Below are positions 34,953 through 39,296 of a stretch of 39,296 nt of DNA, one piece after another (positions within the stretch are counted from its first letter, which is position 1; every line of letters begins with the position of its first letter). The DNA is taken from assembly GCA_001929475.1 (NCBI GenBank), contig LXFE01000183.1, positions 1 to 39,296 on the forward strand. The letters run 5' to 3'. The position numbers and the translations under genes were made by a program. The notes beneath the pieces were generated by a model. It did not search any database. It saw only the letters and a program-made list of their open reading frames with translations, and was not told the DNA's origin. Origin of the DNA: Neolecta irregularis DAH-3. Taxonomy: Eukaryota.

Positions 34953-35346
34953 ATAGCCAATTGTCTGATAGTATTAATATTCGTTTAATTCCGTAACAAA
35001 TCTATCAATAATGTTGCTCGTTCCTCGGGCATAAGAGTCTATTGCTTTGATACGGTGTATAGCAGCTGAGAAACGGTTATTCAAAAATTACTCAACTATG
35101 TGAAGAGAATTACGTTCTCGATTGAAGGAACGAAAGACTTAACATGTCTTCCTCAATTTAACGTGTCAAATACGCATAGTATGCTTTGCCTGAAATCAAG
35201 TCGTCGAGTCGAAAATGAGACAAGAAAAGAACCGGACTAACGAGGAACCTAGGAGGTCCTGTCATGGGATAACAAGTATTTAATTGATCTCTAGACATAA
35301 CTCCTCCCATAACTCATCCAGTAAATCCTCCATAAAATTCCCATTT

Positions 35347-38300
35347 CTATACACCAGTGTCAGGATCATTCTCTCGCATATTTCCGTCTTGACCATCGGT
35401 GGGTGACAAATAATTTTGTTCCACCGGACTTTCAATTTTGTCAGAACCTTTATTGCTTCTTCGAGTAAACGTTCTCTTAAACTTATTGAGAACTGGTACG
35501 CTAGAAGACGCCGTATTTTGGCTTTGTCGAGGTTGCGATTCTTGAGCGGTTTTTTCGAGATCTGAATATGAAAGTGTCCGAGACATTCGCCGGAATACAC
35601 CAACTCTAGAAGATCGTTGTTTAGAGTTACGAGGTTGGGGTGCAGCAGGCGCTGATTGCTTGTCGGGTTCTTCCTCTAGCATAGACGTAGTATTTGTAGC
35701 TTTCGTAGCTTGACTTGGAACAGTGCCAGCTTGTTTTTTCCACATGCTTGCATAAATACCGTCTTGTTCCACCAAAGAACGATGGTCTCCGCTCTCAATG
35801 ATTTCGCCGTCTCGGAGATATAATATCAAATTCGCGTTGACGATACTACGATATTTAGTGACTGCAATTGGCAGGTATATACGTTGATAGACGATGAGCA
35901 ATTACCAAAGTGGTTCGACCAGCACAGAGTCGCTTGAGAGCCGATTGAACTTCAAGTTCAGTGTTTGAATCAATAGCGCTTGTAGCCTCGTCAAGCAAGA
36001 TGATATAGGGATCTTTAATAATGGCCCGAGCAATTGCAATGCGTTGTAGTTCCCCACCGGATAGTTTTTGACCCCGTTCTCCAACGCTTGTTTCATAACC
36101 TTCAGGGAAACTCAAAATGCGCTGGTGAATTTGTGCTGCTTGACAAGCTGCATAAATTTCAGAATCTGTTGCCCCGCGATTGGCATATTTCAAGTTGAAC
36201 ATGATGCTATCGTTGAACAAAATGGTGTCCTGGGGTACGATGCCTATATGTGAACGAAGACTGTGAAGTGAAACACCTCTAATATCTTGTCCATCGATTT
36301 TTATTTTTCCTGATGTAGGGTCGTAGAATCTGAACAATAGTCGAAAAATACTACTCTTTCCAGCACCGGATTCACCTAGTGATATTAGAAATAGAATTTA
36401 AGGAAGACCTGCCAACAAGTGCAATGGTACTGCCAGCAGGAACCCTAAATGACAAATTCTTCAGTACTGATTTCAATGAAGTGTAACCGAACGATACATT
36501 CTCTGTCCGGTCAGTTACCTATCACAACGTCCATATTACCGAAGGCAACTTCCCCATTAGGAACCCGAAGAGTTTCCGCGTTGGGATCGTCGGCGATTGT
36601 AGGAATCTCGTTGAGCTTCTTGTTGGAAAAAATGGCAAGGTGGAGGTACCAGTTCCAATAGCCTCTCAGCGTCAATAAACTGATTTTGGAGGCTTTTGTA
36701 ATAACTAAAAGTAAGTACACGTTTGTCTCTATGAGACTATACTTAGCAAAGAACTTCATAGGCCTTTCAAGTTGCTGGAGATAAGTTAAGAGAGTGACAA
36801 AATCTCCCACAGTAGCTTGGCCTTGGGCAATTCGGTATACAAAGATAGCACAACAAATGAGTCGGCCAGATGAGAAAATGCCTTCCTCAAAGATCCAAAT
36901 GAAATACATCATAATGTAGTAAATCTTTTCGCTCTTGAGAGTACTGCTAACAGCTTCATTGAACCGCCCATTCTCATACTGATCGCCATTGAATGCCTGG
37001 CTACTGTTAGCCAGCGAAATTAAAACAATTATTACTTTAATTGTTTCGTAATTGACCACGGAATCGTTGCGGATGGCTGCTTCGTTTCTTCTCAGACAAA
37101 CCAGGCGTCTCCTTTCTTTTTTTCGCTTTCTGACCATTCCTACAAAAATGTAGGTCCACGAAACCATTACGATAATCACAACTAAGGCATAGTATGGATC
37201 ATAAAAAATGATAAAGTACGCTATAGCCTAGCATATCAGTTAAAAGAATATCACAGGAAAATAAATACCACTACCAAATCGATTAGATTGGGGACCATGT
37301 GGAAGGAAAGATCCGATATGAAAGATGAAATACTCTCGCCGTGATCGAGACTTCGAAGAACATCGCCAGTCTTCTTACTTAAATGGAAGTCCAACCCGAG
37401 ACTCTGAACATGTTCAAAAGATTTTGTAGCAAGCATCTGAGTTGAATATTGTTCGATACTGAGCCAAAGCGTTTGGCGAATAGTGAACAAAAAACCAGAC
37501 TGAAAGAAACGAACGGAAAGGTAGAGGAATAAAGCTCCCCAAGGAATAACTTTGATTGGTGAAACGGCCAACATCATCAATTTATCGGTCAGATTACCGA
37601 GTGTATAGGGCCCGAGAACATTCATGCCTCGTTCAATCATCATAATCGCAATGCATATAACAAAGTGAATTTGGAGTCTTCGATCGTATTGTGGCCAAAG
37701 ATAAGGAAAGAGTTTCTAAATAAGTCAACTTTTTGAACGCGAAACCAGAAGGTGCCTTGAATCCTTTCACGTAGTCCCAAAAAGGCTTTTCAGATACGTT
37801 TTTAGCGTCGCTATCCCCTGCCCCGGAGGCATCACAAGAACCTTGTGAAGTTTCAATTGCACCATACCCCGCTTCATTCGCGAGGAGAGGTGTGTCTTTA
37901 AGTTTAAAATAGCGAAAAACTCTTTGAAGAGAACGCCGTCTAATGAGGAGATAAAGCAAATTTAAAGTGGCCAGGGTCGAGAGACGAACCAGCGTCGAAG
38001 AAAGGTGCAAGATACTCCAGACATTCATAGTCTGCTGATAAACTCCGAACTCAAGAATCAAGATCAAGGATTCACCGAGTAAAGCAACAATCCAACTACC
38101 AAGTAAATCCCAGTCGATATGGGAATTAAATTTTCGATCGCGCATATTGAGGAGAACCATTCCCCAGACGAAAATGCTAGCGATAAGGTAGATCTTGAAA
38201 GTTTAGTGAAAGAATAGATTGACGATTAAACGACATACAACAAAGTCTTCTTCGGGCTGCCAGGCCAGATGTAAAGTTTGTTGAACAACCAAAAAGACTC

Positions 38301-38508
38301 CATCACTAATCTATATCTTTAGGGAAGAAAATTCCTGATCATTGATACGTACATATGTGCATAGCAAGATGACAGTCAAGACGGTCAGGGGCCATATGCT
38401 AGGGGCGGCTGGAATATGCAGTTTCTCTTTACTTGGAGGCGGGATAATCGAAGTGATGATGTGCGTCAAGAAGACAAGCAGTGGGGTTATATAATGGACC
38501 GTCGCCAT
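35347..38508 (-). CDS. HMT1: HMT1/ABCB6-like ABC half-transporter (N-terminal TMD0 + TMD + NBD), about 11 exons; upstream in-frame ATG at 38622 possible
   Basis: [39 protein letters not shown], Walker [43 protein letters not shown] and IAHRLST. Confidence 0.88.
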
Positions 38509-39244
38509 CCTCTCTGCGCAGGAAAATGCGATACGAGAAGAATAATATTCCGAACACTGAAGACTCGTAATGCTGGCCAGGTGATCTAATTTTATATAGG
38601 GCCTGCCGAGAAGGTTTAGCATTTTTGTTAGTGTAAGTCCTTGGTCTGAAATCTGAACGCTGGCTGGTAGAGAAAGTAGAACGATAGGGGGTCCTTTCTA
38701 TCGCTGTTATTGCTGGAAAAGTTTGCTGTATAAACATTTCGAGCGAATTTCTGACCTTTTAAGACTCGATCGCCGTAGTTGCCGATTGTTGAAACATACA
38801 AATTGACAGGTTGGACAAATATCAACAGCCCAATGACCATACCACATGAACGGTTCCGTCGTACAACAACACAAATTTGATTCCAATTGATCCATTCAAG
38901 CAAGAATTGGTCGCCCACAGATGGTCTAGACAATGATAAAGGCTTAATTAGCAGTGCAGTTTTCTATAATACTTGAAAGACACATCCTATCCTGGAACAG
39001 TCTAGGACATTTGATGCTGGGCTAGTTGTAATTAGTAAGACCTGGTTTCGCAAGAGATTTATTTACCTATTGGCATATCCAGAGTCGCACACCACGTATT
39101 AAAGGGCCAGGAAAATACACTCTATATGATGTTACATCAGCGCTAGCACAGTACATTTATCAAGGAAAATAAACATTGTACGAGTTAATCATCTCTGGGG
39201 ATTATGCGTGACTATTGGGAATCGATTCCACCCAGACTTGCTAA

Positions 39245-39287
39245 CAAGTAAGCAAGTCCAATTCTGGACTTTGGACTTGCTTGCTTG
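39245..39287. repeat. 17-bp inverted repeat with 9-nt spacer
   Basis: CAAGTAAGCAAGTCCAA (39245-39261) versus TTGGACTTGCTTGCTTG (39271-39287), one mismatch (a G.U pair in RNA). Confidence 0.85.
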
Positions 39288-39296
39288 CATATTTCA

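Noticed and set aside
18514-39212. GTCACG/CGTGAC (Homol-D or Cbf1 half-site-like) near several starts (18514, 21847, 28533, 34153, 39207)
   Set aside because: The hexamer also occurs in CDSs and is expected many times in 39 kb; enrichment cannot be shown without a genome-wide test.
1-39296. tRNA, rRNA, snRNA, riboswitch, CRISPR array, transposase or reverse-transcriptase genes, alternative genetic code
   Set aside because: No diagnostic motifs found by eye; the conserved proteins translate correctly with the standard code once introns are removed.

Overview
Eukaryotic (fungal, Ascomycota) genomic DNA, very gene-dense and about 40-45% GC. The S. pombe-like gene set and tiny introns suggest an early-diverging Taphrinomycotina-like ascomycete such as Neolecta; this taxonomy is inference only. 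I reconstructed about 18 protein-coding genes by hand-splicing: SSF1 (5'-partial), an orphan, a PRCC-family gene, BEM1/scd2, THP3, FOL1, HIR3, a ChAPs (BCH1/BUD7) gene, ARP6, a PPxY tail-anchored orphan, RIB5, PUP2, phocein/MOB4, HIU hydrolase, RPT5, a CLG1-like cyclin, CENP-H and an HMT1-like ABC half-transporter. No rRNA, tRNA, CRISPR or transposon was recognised. The most striking window-wide signal is the splicing code. About 90 hand-called introns are almost all 32-49 nt (mode about 38). Their 5' splice sites are strongly degenerate (+5G in only about 33 of 88 counted), four need weak GC donors, and about 20% use AAG or GAG acceptors, which suggests length-based intron definition. Other oddities are an in-frame 42-nt Thr/Pro/Ser minisatellite inside the Ssf1 Brix domain, a uORF plus long AUG-less in-frame leader on the cyclin, a divergent substrate pocket in the HMT1-like transporter, and two intergenic hairpins. 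Exon boundaries are manual predictions without transcript data.
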